In this document: piece after piece, positions 1 through 14,800 of the stretch
Layout: each line of letters starts with the position of its first letter
Numbering within the stretch: position 1 is the first letter of the stretch
Assembly (NCBI GenBank): GCA_964016885.1
Contig: OZ024740.1
Span: forward strand, 427,800,001 to 427,864,000
DNA: 64,000 nucleotides
Direction: 5' to 3'
DNA from: Eledone cirrhosa
Lineage: Eukaryota
Program-made: the position numbers and the translations under genes
The notes under the pieces: generated by a model
The model's input: the letters and a program-made list of their open reading frames with translations, nothing else
Databases searched by the model: none
What the model was told of the DNA's origin: nothing

Positions 1-3000
1 GTTGTATAGTTATATAAAACACTACCCTATCTCACTGTCCCATAGTTATATAAAACTCTACCCTATCTCAGTGCACCATAGTTATATAAAACTCTACCCT
101 ATCTCAGTGTACCATAGTTATATGAAACTCTACCCTATCTCAGTGTTGTATAGTTATATAAAACTCTACCCTATCTCAGTGTTGTATAGTTATATAAAAC
201 TGTACGCTATCACAGTATACCACAGTTATATAAAACTCTACCCTATCTCAGTGTACCATAGTTATATAAAACTCTACCCTATCTCACTCTACCATCGTTA
301 TATAAAACTCTACCCTATCTCAGTGTACCATAGTTATATGAAACTCTACCCTATCTCAGTGTTGTATAGTTATATAAAACTCTACCCTATCTCAGTGTTG
401 TATAGTTATATAAAACTGTACGCTATCACAGTATACCACAGTTATATAAAACTCTACCCTATCTCAGTGTACCATAGTTATATAAAACTCTACCCTATCT
501 CACTCTACCATAGTTATATAAAACTCTACCCTATCTCAGTGTACCATAGTTATATAAAACTCTACCCTATCTCACTCTACCATAGATATATAAAACTCTA
601 CCCTATCTCAGTGCACCATAGTTATAGAAAACACTACCCTATCTCAGTGTACCATAGTTATATAAAACTCTACCCTATCTCAGTGTACCATAGTTATATA
701 AAACTCTACCCTATCTCAGTGTTGTATAGTTATATAAAACTCTACCCTATCTCAGTGTACCATAGTTATATAAAACTCTACCCTATCTCACTGTTGTATA
801 GTTATATAAAACTCTACCCTATCTCAGTGTACCATAGTTATATAAAACTCTACCCTATCTCAGTGTTGTATAGTTATATAAAACTCTACCCTATCTCAGT
901 GTACCATAGTTATATAAAACTCTACCCTATCTCAGTGTACCATAGTTATATAAAACTCTACCCTATCTCAGTGTACCATAGTTATATAAAACTCTACCCT
1001 ATCTCAGAGTACCATAGTTATATAAAACTCTACCCTATCTCAGTGTTGTATAGTTATATAAAACACTACCCTATCTCACTGTACCATAGTTATATAAAAC
1101 TCTACCCTATCTCAGTGTACCATAGTTATATAAAACTCTACCCTATCTCAGTGTTGTATAGTTATATAAAACTCTACCCTATCTCACTGTACCATAGTTA
1201 TGTAAAACTCTACCCTATCTCAGTGTACCATAGTTATATAAAACTCTACCCTATCTCACTGTACCATGGTTATATAAAAATTTACCCTATCTCAGTGTAC
1301 CATAGTTATATAAAACTCTACCCTATCTCACTCTACCATAGTTATATAAAACTCTAACCTATCTCAGTGTACCATAGTTATATAAAACTCTACCCTATCT
1401 CACTCTACCATAGATATATAAAACTCTACCCTATCTCAGTGCACCATAGTTATAGAAAACTCTACCCTATCTCAGTGTACCATAGTTATATAAAACTCTA
1501 CCCTATCTCAGTGTACCATAGTTATATAAAACTCTACCCTATCTCAGTGTTGTATAGTTATATAAAACTCTACCCTATCTCAGTGTACCATAGTTATATA
1601 AAACTCTACCCTAACTCACTGTTGTATAGTTATATAAAACTCTACCCTATCTCAGTGTACCATAGTTATATAAAACTCTACTCTATCTCAGTGTACCATA
1701 GTTATATAAAACTCTACCCTATCTCAGTGTACCATAGTTATATAAAACTCTACTCTATCTCAGTGTACCATAGTTATATAAAATTCTACCCTATCTCAGT
1801 GTACCATAGTTATATAAAACTCTACCCTATCTCAGTGTTGTATAGTTATATAAAACACTACCCTATCTCAGTGTACCATAGTTATATAAAACTCTACCCT
1901 ATCTCAGTGTACCATAGTTATATAAAACTCTACCCTATCTCAGTGTTGTATAGTTATATAAAACTCTACCCTATCTCAGTGTACCATAGTTATATAAAAC
2001 TCTACCCTATCTCACTGTTGTATAGTTATATAAAACTCTACCCTATCTCAGTGTACCATAGTTATATAAAACTCTACCCTATCTCAGTGTTGTATAGTTA
2101 TATAAAACTCTACCCTATCTCAGTGTACCATAGTTATATAAAACTCTACCCTATCTCAGTGTACCATAGTTATATAAAACTCTACCCTATCTCAGTGTAC
2201 CATAGTTATATAAAACTCTACCCTATCTCAGAGTACCATAGTTATATAAAACTCTACCCTATCTCAGTGCACCATAGTTATAGAAAACTCTACCCTATCT
2301 CAGTGTACCATAGTTATATGAAACTCTACCGTATCTCAGTGTACCATAGTTATATAAAACTCTACCCTATCTCAGTGTTGTATAGTTATATAAAACTCTA
2401 CCCTATCTCAGTGTACCATAGTTATATAAAACTCTACCCTAACTCACTGTTGTATAGTTATATAAAACTCTACCCTATCTCAGTGTACCATAGTTATATA
2501 AAACTCTACTCTATCTCAGTGTACCATAGTTATATAAAACTCTACCCTATCTCAGTGTACCATAGTTATATAAAACTCTACCCTATCTCAGTGTTGTATA
2601 GTTATATAAAACACTACCCTATCTCACTGTACCATAGTTATATAAAACTCTACCCTATCTCAGTGCACCATAGTTATATAAAACTCTAACCTATCTCAGT
2701 GTACCATAGTTATATGAAACTCTACCCTATCTCAGTGTTGTATAGTTATATAAAACTCTACCCTATCTCAGTGTTGTATAGTTATATAAAACTGTACGCT
2801 ATCACAGTATACCACAGTTATATAAAACTCTACCCTATCTCAGTGTACCATAGTTATATAAAACTCTACCCTATCTCACTCTACCATCGTTATATAAAAC
2901 TCTACCCTATCTCAGTGTACCATAGTTATATGAAACTCTACCCTATCTCAGTGTTGTATAGTTATATAAAACTCTACCCTATCTCAGTGTTGTATAGTTA

Positions 3001-6000
3001 TATAAAACTGTACGCTATCACAGTATACCACAGTTATATAAAACTCTACCCTATCTCAGTGTACCATAGTTATATAAAACTCTACCCTATCTCACTCTAC
3101 CATAGTTATATAAAACTCTACCCTATCTCAGTGTACCATAGTTATATAAAACTCTACCCTATCTCACTCTACCATAGATATATAAAACTCTACCCTATCT
3201 CAGTGCAACATAGTTATAGAAAACTCTACCCTATCTCAGTGTACCATAGTTATATAAAACTCTACCCTATCTCAGTGTACCATAGTTATATAAAACTCTA
3301 CCCTATATCAGTGTTGTATAGTTATATAAAACTCTACCCTATCTCAGTGTACCATAGTTATATAAAACTCTACCCTATCTCACTGTTGTATAGTTATATA
3401 AAACTCTACCCTATCTCAGTGTACCATAGTTATATAAAACTCTACCCTATCTCAGTGTTGTATAGTTATATAAAACTCTACCCTATCTCAGTGTACCATA
3501 GTTATATAAAACTCTACCCTATCTCAGTGTACCATAGTTATATAAAACTCTACCCTATCTCAGTGTACCATAGTTATATAAAACTCTACCCTATCTCAGA
3601 GTACCATAGTTATATAAAACTCTACCCTATCTCAGTGTTGTATAGTTATATAAAACACTACCCTATCTCACTGTACCATAGTTATATAAAACTCTACCCT
3701 ATCTCAGTGTACCATAGTTATATAAAACTCTACCCTATCTCAGTGTTGTATAGTTATATAAAACTCTACCCTATCTCACTGTACCATAGTTATGTAAAAC
3801 TCTACCCTATCTCAGTGTACCATAGTTATATAAAACTCTACCCTATCTCACTGTACCATGGTTATATAAAAATTTACCCTATCTCAGTGTACCATAGTTA
3901 TATAAAACTCTACCCTATCTCACTCTACCATAGTTATATAAAACTCTACCCTATCTCAGTGTACCATAGTTATATAAAACTCTACCCTATCTCACTCTAC
4001 CATAGATATATAAAACTCTACCCTATCTCAGTGCACCATAGTTATAGAAAACTCTACCCTATCTCAGTGTACCATAGTTATATAAAACTCTACCCTATCT
4101 CAGTGTACCATAGTTATATAAAACTCTACCCTATCTCAGTGTTGTATAGTTATATAAAACTCTACCCTATCTCAGTGTACCATAGTTATATAAAACTCTA
4201 CCCTAACTCACTGTTGTATAGTTATATAAAACTCTACCCTATCTCAGTGTACCATAGTTATATAAAACTCTACTCTATCTCAGTGTACCATAGTTATATA
4301 AAACTCTACCCTATCTCAGTGTACCATAGTTATATAAAACTCTACCCTATCTCAGTGTTGTATAGTTATATAAAACACTACCCTATCTCACTGTCCCATA
4401 GTTATATAAAACTCTACCCTATCTCAGTGCACCATAGTTATATAAAACTCTACCCTATCTCAGTGTACCATAGTTATATGAAACTCTACCCTATCTCAGT
4501 GTTGTATAGTTATATAAAACTCTACCCTATCTCAGTGTTGTATAGTTATATAAAACTGTACGCTATCACAGTATACCACAGTTATATAAAACTCTACCCT
4601 ATCTCAGTGTACCATAGTTATATAAAACTCTACCCTATCTCACTCTACCATCGTTATATAAAACTCTACCCTATCTCAGTGTACCATAGTTATATGAAAC
4701 TCTACCCTATCTCAGTGTTGTATAGTTATATAAAACTCTACCCTATCTCAGTGTTGTATAGTTATATAAAACTGTACGCTATCACAGTATACCACAGTTA
4801 TATAAAACTCTACCCTATCTCAGTGTACCATAGTTATATAAAACTCTACCCTATCTCACTCTACCATAGTTATATAAAACTCTACCCTATCTCAGTGTAC
4901 CATAGTTATATAAAACTCTACCCTATCTCACTCTACCATAGATATATAAAACTCTACCCTATCTCAGTGCACCATAGTTATAGAAAACACTACCCTATCT
5001 CAGTGTACCATAGTTATATAAAACTCTACCCTATCTCAGTGTACCATAGTTATATAAAACTCTACCCTATCTCAGTGTTGTATAGTTATATAAAACTCTA
5101 CCCTATCTCAGTGTACCATAGTTATATAAAACTCTACCCTATCTCACTGTTGTATAGTTATATAAAACTCTACCCTATCTCAGTGTACCATAGTTATATA
5201 AAACTCTACCCTATCTCAGTGTTGTATAGTTATATAAAACTCTACCCTATCTCAGTGTACCATAGTTATATAAAACTCTACCCTATCTCAGTGTACCATA
5301 GTTATATAAAACTCTACCCTATCTCAGTGTACCATAGTTATATAAAACTCTACCCTATCTCAGAGTACCATAGTTATATAAAACTCTACCCTATCTCAGT
5401 GTTGTATAGTTATATAAAACACTACCCTATCTCACTGTACCATAGTTATATAAAACTCTACCCTATCTCAGTGTACCATAGTTATATAAAACTCTACCCT
5501 ATCTCAGTGTTGTATAGTTATATAAAACTCTACCCTATCTCACTGTACCATAGTTATGTAAAACTCTACCCTATCTCAGTGTACCATAGTTATATAAAAC
5601 TCTACCCTATCTCACTGTACCATGGTTATATAAAAATTTACCCTATCTCAGTGTACCATAGTTATATAAAACTCTACCCTATCTCACTCTACCATAGTTA
5701 TATAAAACTCTAACCTATCTCAGTGTACCATAGTTATATAAAACTCTACCCTATCTCACTCTACCATAGATATATAAAACTCTACCCTATCTCAGTGCAC
5801 CATAGTTATAGAAAACTCTACCCTATCTCAGTGTACCATAGTTATATAAAACTCTACCCTATCTCAGTGTACCATAGTTATATAAAACTCTACCCTATCT
5901 CAGTGTTGTATAGTTATATAAAACTCTACCCTATCTCAGTGTACCATAGTTATATAAAACTCTACCCTAACTCACTGTTGTATAGTTATATAAAACTCTA

Positions 6001-8850
6001 CCCTATCTCAGTGTACCATAGTTATATAAAACTCTACTCTATCTCAGTGTACCATAGTTATATAAAACTCTACCCTATCTCAGTGTACCATAGTTATATA
6101 AAACTCTACTCTATCTCAGTGTACCATAGTTATATAAAATTCTACCCTATCTCAGTGTACCATAGTTATATAAAACTCTACCCTATCTCAGTGTTGTATA
6201 GTTATATAAAACACTACCCTATCTCAGTGGACCATAGTTATATAAAACTCTACCCTATCTCAGTGCACCATAGTTATATAAAACTCTACCCTATCTCAGT
6301 GTACCATAGTTATATGAAACTCTACCCTATCTCAGTGTTGTATAGTTATATAAAACTCTACCCTATCTCAGTGTTGTATAGTTATATAAAACTGTACGCT
6401 ATCACAGTATACCACAGTTATATAAAACTCTACCCTATCTCAGTGTACCATAGTTATATAAAACTCTACCCTATCTCAGTGTTGTATAGTTATATAAAAC
6501 TCTACCCTATCTCAGTGTACCATAGTTATATAAAACTCTACCCTAACTCACTGTTGTATAGTTATATAAAACTCTACCCTATCTCAGTGTACCATAGTTA
6601 TATAAAACTCTACTCTATCTCAGTGTACCATAGTTATATAAAACTCTACCCTATCTCAGTGTACCATAGTTATATAAAACTCTACTCTATCTCAGTGTAC
6701 CATAGTTATATAAAACTCTACCCTATCTCAGTGTACCATAGTTATATAAAACTCTACCCTATCTCAGTGTTGTATAGTTATATAAAACACTACCCTATCT
6801 CAGTGTACCATAGTTATATAAAACTCTACCCTATCTCAGTGCACCATAGTTATATAAAACTCTACCCTATCTCAGTGTACCATAGTTATATGAAACTCTA
6901 CCCTATCTCAGTGTTGTATAGTTATATAAAACTCTACCCTATCTCAGTGTACCATAGTTATATAAAACTCTACCCTATCTCAGTGTTGTATAGTTATATA
7001 AAACACTACCCTATCTCACTGTCCCATAGTTATATAAAACTCTACCCTATCTCAGTGCACCATAGTTATATAAAACTCTACCCTATCTCAGTGTACCATA
7101 GTTATATGAAACTCTACCCTATCTCAGTGTTGTATAGTTATATAAAACTCTACCCTATCTCAGTGTTGTATAGTTATATAAAACTGTACGCTATCACAGT
7201 ATACCACAGTTATATAAAACTCTACCCTATCTCAGTGTACCATAGTTATATAAAACTCTACCCTATCTCACTCTACCATCGTTATATAAAACTCTACCCT
7301 ATCTCAGTGTACCATAGTTATATGAAACTCTACCCTATCTCAGTGTTGTATAGTTATATAAAACTCTACCCTATCTCAGTGTTGTATAGTTATATAAAAC
7401 TGTACGCTATCACAGTATACCACAGTTATATAAAACTCTACCCTATCTCAGTGTACCATAGTTATATAAAACTCTACCCTATCTCACTCTACCATAGTTA
7501 TATAAAACTCTACCCTATCTCAGTGTACCATAGTTATATAAAACTCTACCCTATCTCACTCTACCATAGATATATAAAACTCTACCCTATCTCAGTGCAC
7601 CATAGTTATAGAAAACACTACCCTATCTCAGTGTACCATAGTTATATAAAACTCTACCCTATCTCAGTGTACCATAGTTATATAAAACTCTACCCTATCT
7701 CAGTGTTGTATAGTTATATAAAACTCTACCCTATCTCAGTGTACCATAGTTATATAAAACTCTACCCTATCTCACTGTTGTATAGTTATATAAAACTCTA
7801 CCCTATCTCAGTGTACCATAGTTATATAAAACTCTACCCTATCTCAGTGTTGTATAGTTATATAAAACTCTACCCTATCTCAGTGTACCATAGTTATATA
7901 AAACTCTACCCTATCTCAGTGTACCATAGTTATATAAAACTCTACCCTATCTCAGTGTACCATAGTTATATAAAACTCTACCCTATCTCAGAGTACCATA
8001 GTTATATAAAACTCTACCCTATCTCAGTGTTGTATAGTTATATAAAACACTACCCTATCTCACTGTACCATAGTTATATAAAACTCTACCCTATCTCAGT
8101 GTACCATAGTTATATAAAACTCTACCCTATCTCAGTGTTGTATAGTTATATAAAACTCTACCCTATCTCACTGTACCATAGTTATGTAAAACTCTACCCT
8201 ATCTCAGTGTACCATAGTTATATAAAACTCTACCCTATCTCACTGTACCATGGTTATATAAAAATTTACCCTATTTCAGTGTACCATAGTTATATAAAAC
8301 TCTACCCTATCTCACTCTACCATAGTTATATAAAACTCTAACCTATCTCAGTGTACCATAGTTATATAAAACTCTACCCTATCTCACTCTACCATAGATA
8401 TATAAAACTCTACCCTATCTCAGTGCACCATAGTTATAGAAAACTCTACCCTATCTCAGTGTACCATAGTTATATAAAACTCTACCCTATCTCAGTGTAC
8501 CATAGTTATATAAAACTCTACCCTATCTCAGTGTTGTATAGTTATATAAAACTCTACCCTATCTCAGTGTACCATAGTTATATAAAACTCTACCCTAACT
8601 CACTGTTGTATAGTTATATAAAACTCTACCCTATCTCAGTGTACCATAGTTATATAAAACTCTACTCTATCTCAGTGTACCATAGTTATATAAAACTCTA
8701 CCCTATCTCAGTGTACCATAGTTATATAAAACTCTACTCTATCTCAGTGTACCATAGTTATATAAAATTCTACCCTATCTCAGTGTACCATAGTTATATA
8801 AAACTCTACCCTATCTCAGTGTTGTATAGTTATATAAAACACTACCCTAT
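1..8850. repeat. Higher-order block of ~1.85 kb in three near-identical copies (~1-1870, ~4357-6225, ~6985-8850), plus a related partial copy at ~2.6-4.3 kb
   Basis: Rare monomer GTCCCATAGT at 37, 4393, 7021; TAC>TAA ending at 1357, 5713, 8341; AGAAAACAC double variant in each copy. Offsets are 4356 (121 units) and 2628 (73 units). Confidence 0.9.
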
Positions 8851-11800
8851 CTCAGTGTACCATAGTTATATAAAACTCTACCCTATCTCAGTGCACCATA
8901 GTTATATAAAACTCTACCCTATCTCAGTGTACCATAGTTATATGAAACTCTACCCTATCTCAGTGTTGTATAGTTATATAAAACTCTACCCTATCTCAGT
9001 GTTGTATAGTTATATAAAACTGTACGCTATCACAGTATACCACAGTTATATAAAACTCTACCCTATCTCAGTGTACCATAGTTATATAAAACTCTACCCT
9101 ATCTCAGTGTTGTATAGTTATATAAAACTCTACCCTATCTCAGTGTACCATAGTTATATAAAACTCTACCCTAACTCACTGTTGTATAGTTATATAAAAC
9201 TCTACCCTATCTCAGTGTACCATAGTTATATAAAACAGTACTCTATCTCAGTGTACCATAGTTATATAAAACTCTACCCTATCTCAGTGTACCATAGTTA
9301 TATAAAACTCTACTCTATCTCAGTGTACCATAGTTATATAAAACTCTACCCTATCTCAGTGTACCATAGTTATATAAAACTCTACCCTATCTCAGTGTTG
9401 TATAGTTATATAAAACACTACCCTATCTCAGTGTACCATAGTTATATAAAACTCTACCCTATCTCAGTGCACCATAGTTATATAAAACTCTACCCTATCT
9501 CAGTGTACCATAGTTATATGAAACTCTACCCTATCTCAGTGTTGTATAGTTATATAAAACTCTACCCTATCTCAGTGTTGTATAGTTATATAAAACTGTA
9601 CGCTATCACAGTATACCACAGTTATATAAAACTCTACCCTATCTCAGTGTACCATAGTTATATAAAACTCTACCCTATCTCACTCTACCATCGTTATATA
9701 AAACTCTACCCTATCTCAGTGTACCATAGTTATATAAAACTCTACTCTATCTCACTGTACCATAGTTATATAAAACTCTACCCTATCTCACTGTACCATA
9801 GTTATATAAAACTCTACCCTATCTCACTGTACCATAGTTATATAAAACTCTACCCTATCTCAGTGTACCATAGTTATATAAAACTCTACCCTATCTCACT
9901 CTACCATAGTTATATAAAAATTTACCCTATCTCAGTGTACCATAGTTATATAAAACTCTACCCTATCTCACTCTACCATAGTTATATAAAACTCTACCCT
10001 ATCTCAGTGTACCATAGCTATATAAAACTCTACCCTATCTCAGTGTACCATAGTTATATAAAACTCTACCCTATCTCACTGTACCATAGTTATATAAAAC
10101 TCTACCCTATCTCAGTGTACCATAGTTATATAAAACTCTACCCTATCTCAGTGTACCATAGTTATATAAAACTCTACCCTATCTCAGTGTTGTATAGTTA
10201 TATAAAACTCTACCCTATCTCAGTGTACCATAGTTATATAAAACTCTACCCTATCTCACTGTTGTATAGTTATATAAAACTCTACCCTATCTCAGTGTAC
10301 CATAGTTATATAAAACTCTACCCTATCTCAGTGTTGTATAGTTATATAAAACTCTACCCTATCTCAGTGTACCATAGTTATATAAAACTCTACCCTATCT
10401 CAGTGTACCATAGTTATATAAAACTCTACCCTATCTCAGTGTACCATAGTTATATAAAACTCTACCCTATCTCAGAGTACCATAGTTATATAAAACTCTA
10501 CCCTATCTCAGTGTTGTATAGTTATATAAAACACTACCCTATCTCACTGTACCATAGTTATATAAAACTCTACCCTATCTCACTGTACCATAGTTATATA
10601 AAACTCTACCCTATCTCAGTGTTGTATAGTTATATAAAACTCTACCCTATCTCACTGTACCATAGTTATGTAAAACTCTACCCTGTCTCACATTACCATG
10701 GTTATATAAAAATTTACCCTATCTCAGTGTACCATAGTTATATAAAACTCTACCCTATCTCAGTGTTGTATAGTTATATAAAACTCTATCCTATCTCAGT
10801 GTACCATAGTTATATAAAACTCTACCCTATCTCACTGTTGTATAGTTATATAAAACTCTACCCTATCTCAGTGTACCATAGTTATATAAAACTCTACCCT
10901 ATCTCAGTGTTGTATAGTTATATAAAACTCTACCCTATCTCAGTGTACCATAGTTATATAAAACTCTACCCTATCTCAGTGTACCATAGTTATATAAAAC
11001 TCTACCCTATCTCAGTGTACCATAGTTATATAAAACTCTACCCTATCTCAGAGTACCATAGTTATATAAAACTCTACCCTATCTCAGTGTTGTATAGTTA
11101 TATAAAACACTACCCTATCTCACTGTACCATAGTTATATAAAACTCTACCCTATCTCAGTGTACCATAGTTATATAAAACTCTACCCTATCTCAGTGTTG
11201 TATAGTTATATAAAACTCTACCCTATCTCACTGTACCATAGTTATGTAAAACTCTACCCTATCTCAGTGTACCATAGTTATATAAAACTCTACCCTATCT
11301 CACTGTACCATGGTTATATAAAAATTTACCCTATCTCAGTGTACCATAGTTATATAAAACTCTACCCTATCTCACTCTACCATAGTTATATAAAACTCTA
11401 CCCTATCTCAGTGTACCATAGTTATATAAAACTCTACCCTATCTCAGTGTTGTATAGTTATATAAAACTCTACCCTATCTCAGTGTACCATAGTTATATA
11501 AAACTCTACCCTATCTCACTGTTGTATAGTTATATAAAACTCTACCCTATCTCAGTGTACCATAGTTATATAAAACTCTACCCTATCTCAGTGTTGTATA
11601 GTTATATAAAACTCTACCCTATCTCAGTGTACCATAGTTATATAAAACTCTACCCTATCTCAGTGTACCATAGTTATATAAAACTCTACCCTATCTCAGT
11701 GTACCATAGTTATATAAAACTCTACCCTATCTCAGAGTACCATAGTTATATAAAACTCTACCCTATCTCAGTGTTGTATAGTTATATAAAACACTACCCT

Positions 11801-14800
11801 ATCTCACTGTACCATAGTTATATAAAACTCTACCCTATCTCAGTGTACCATAGTTATATAAAACTCTACCCTATCTCAGTGTTGTATAGTTATATAAAAC
11901 TCTACCCTATCTCACTGTACCATAGTTATGTAAAACTCTACCCTATCTCAGTGTACCATAGTTATATAAAACTCTACCCTATCTCACTGTACCATGGTTA
12001 TATAAAAATTTACCCTATCTCAGTGTACCATAGTTATATAAAACTCTACCCTATCTCACTCTACCATAGTTATATAAAACTCTACCCTATCTCAGTGTAC
12101 CATAGTTATATAAAACTCTACCCTATCTCAGTGTTGTATAGTTATATAAAACTCTACCCTATCTCAGTGTACCATAGTTATATAAAACTCTACCCTATCT
12201 CACTGTTGTATAGTTATATAAAACTCTACCCTATCTCAGTGTACCATAGTTATATAAAACTCTACCCTATCTCAGTGTTGTATAGTTATATAAAACTCTA
12301 CCCTATCTCAGTGTACCATAGTTATATAAAACTCTACCCTATCTCAGTGTACCATAGTTATATAAAACTCTACCCTATCTCACTGTACCATGGTTATATA
12401 AAAATTTACCCTATCTCAGTGTACCATAGTTATATAAAACTCTACCCTATCTCACTCTACCATAGTTATATAAAACTCTACCCTATCTCAGTGTACCATA
12501 GTTATATAAAACTCTACCCTATCTCACTCTACCATAGATATATAAAACTCTACCCTATCTCAATGCACCATAGTTATAGAAAACTCTACCCTATCTCAGT
12601 GTACCATAGTTATATAAAACTCTACCCTATCTCAGTGTACCATAGTTATATAAAACTCTACCCTATCTCAGTGTTGTATAGTTATATAAAACTCTACCCT
12701 ATCTCAGTGTACCATAGTTATATAAAACTCTACCCTAACTCACTGTTGTATAGTCATATAAAACTCTACCCTATCTCAGTGTACCATAGTTATATAAAAC
12801 TCTACCCTATCTCAGTGTTGTATAGTTATATAAAACTCTACCCTATCTCAGTGTACCATAGTTATATAAAACTCTACCCTATCTCAGTGTACCATAGTTA
12901 TATAAAACTCTACCCTATCTCAGTGTACCATAGTTATATAAAACTCTACCCTATCTCAGAGTACCATAGTTATATAAAACTCTACCCTATCTCAGTGTTG
13001 TATAGTTATATAAAACACTACCCTATCTCACTGTACCATAGTTATATAAAACTCTACCCTATCTCAGTGTACCATAGTTATATAAAACTCTACCCTATCT
13101 CAGTGTTGTATAGTTATATAAAACTCTACCCTATCTCAGTGTACCATAGTTATATAAAACTCTACCCTATCTCAGTGTACCATAGTTATATAAAACTCTA
13201 CCCTATCTCAGTGTACCATAGTTATATAAAACTCTACCCTATCTCAGTGTTGTATAGTTATATAAAACACTACCCTATCTCACTGTACCATAGTTATATA
13301 AAGCTCTACCCTATCTCAGTGCACCATAGTTATATAAAACTCTACCCTATCTCAGTGTACCATAGTTATATAAAACTCTACTCTATCTCAGTGTACCATA
13401 GTTATATAAAACTCTACCCTATCTCAGTGTACCATAGTTATATAAAACTCTACTCTATCTCAGTGTACCATAGTTATATAAAATTCTACCCTATCTCAGT
13501 GTACCATAGTTATATAAAACTCTACCCTATCTCAGTGTTGTATAGTTATATAAAACACTACCCTATCTCAGTGTACCATAGTTATATAAAACTCTACCCT
13601 ATCTCAGTGCACCATAGTTATATAAAACTCTACCCTATCTCAGTGTACCATAGTTATATGAAACTCTACCCTATCTCAGTGTTGTATAGTTATATAAAAC
13701 TCTACCCTATCTCAGTGTTGTATAGTTATATAAAACTGTACGCTATCACAGTATACCACAGTTATATAAAACTCTACCCTATCTCAGTGTACCATAGTTA
13801 TATAAAACTCTACCCTATCTCAGTGTTGTATAGTTATATAAAACTCTACCCTATCTCAGTGTACCATAGTTATATAAAACTCTACCCTAACTCACTGTTG
13901 TATAGTTATATAAAACTCTACCCTATCTCAGTGTACCATAGTTATATAAAACTCTACTCTATCTCAGTGTACCATAGTTATATAAAACTCTACCCTATCT
14001 CAGTGTACCATAGTTATATAAAACTCTACTCTATCTCAGTGTACCATAGTTATATAAAACTCTACCCTATCTCAGTGTACCATAGTTATATAAAACTCTA
14101 CCCTATCTCAGTGTTGTATAGTTATATAAAACACTACCCTATCTCAGTGTACCATAGTTATATAAAACTCTACCCTATCTCAGTGCACCATAGTTATATA
14201 AAACTCTACCCTATCTCAGTGTACCATAGTTATATGAAACTCTACCCTATCTCAGTGTTGTATAGTTATATAAAACTCTACCCTATCTCAGTGTTGTATA
14301 GTTATATAAAACTGTACGCTATCACAGTATACCACAGTTATATAAAACTCTACCCTATCTCAGTGTACCATAGTTATATAAAACTCTACCCTATCTCACT
14401 CTACCATCGTTATATAAAACTCTACCCTATCTCAGTGTACCATAGTTATATAAAACTCTACTCTATCTCACTGTACCATAGTTATATAAAACTCTACCCT
14501 ATCTCACTGTACCATAGTTATATAAAACTCTACCCTATCTCACTGTACCATAGTTATATAAAACTCTACCCTATCTCAGTGTACCATAGTTATATAAAAC
14601 TCTACCCTATCTCACTCTACCATAGTTATATAAAAATTTACCCTATCTCAGTGTACCATAGTTATATAAAACTCTACCCTATCTCACTCTACCATAGTTA
14701 TATAAAACTCTACCCTATCTCAGTGTACCATAGCTATATAAAACTCTACCCTATCTCAGTGTACCATAGTTATATAAAACTCTACCCTATCTCACTGTAC

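Noticed and set aside
565-577. Synthetic tetO array (CCCTATCTCAGTG resembles tetO2 TCCCTATCAGTGATAGAGA)
   Set aside because: There is a 2-bp insertion relative to tetO and the second palindromic half-site is absent. The nested variant history looks like natural evolution.
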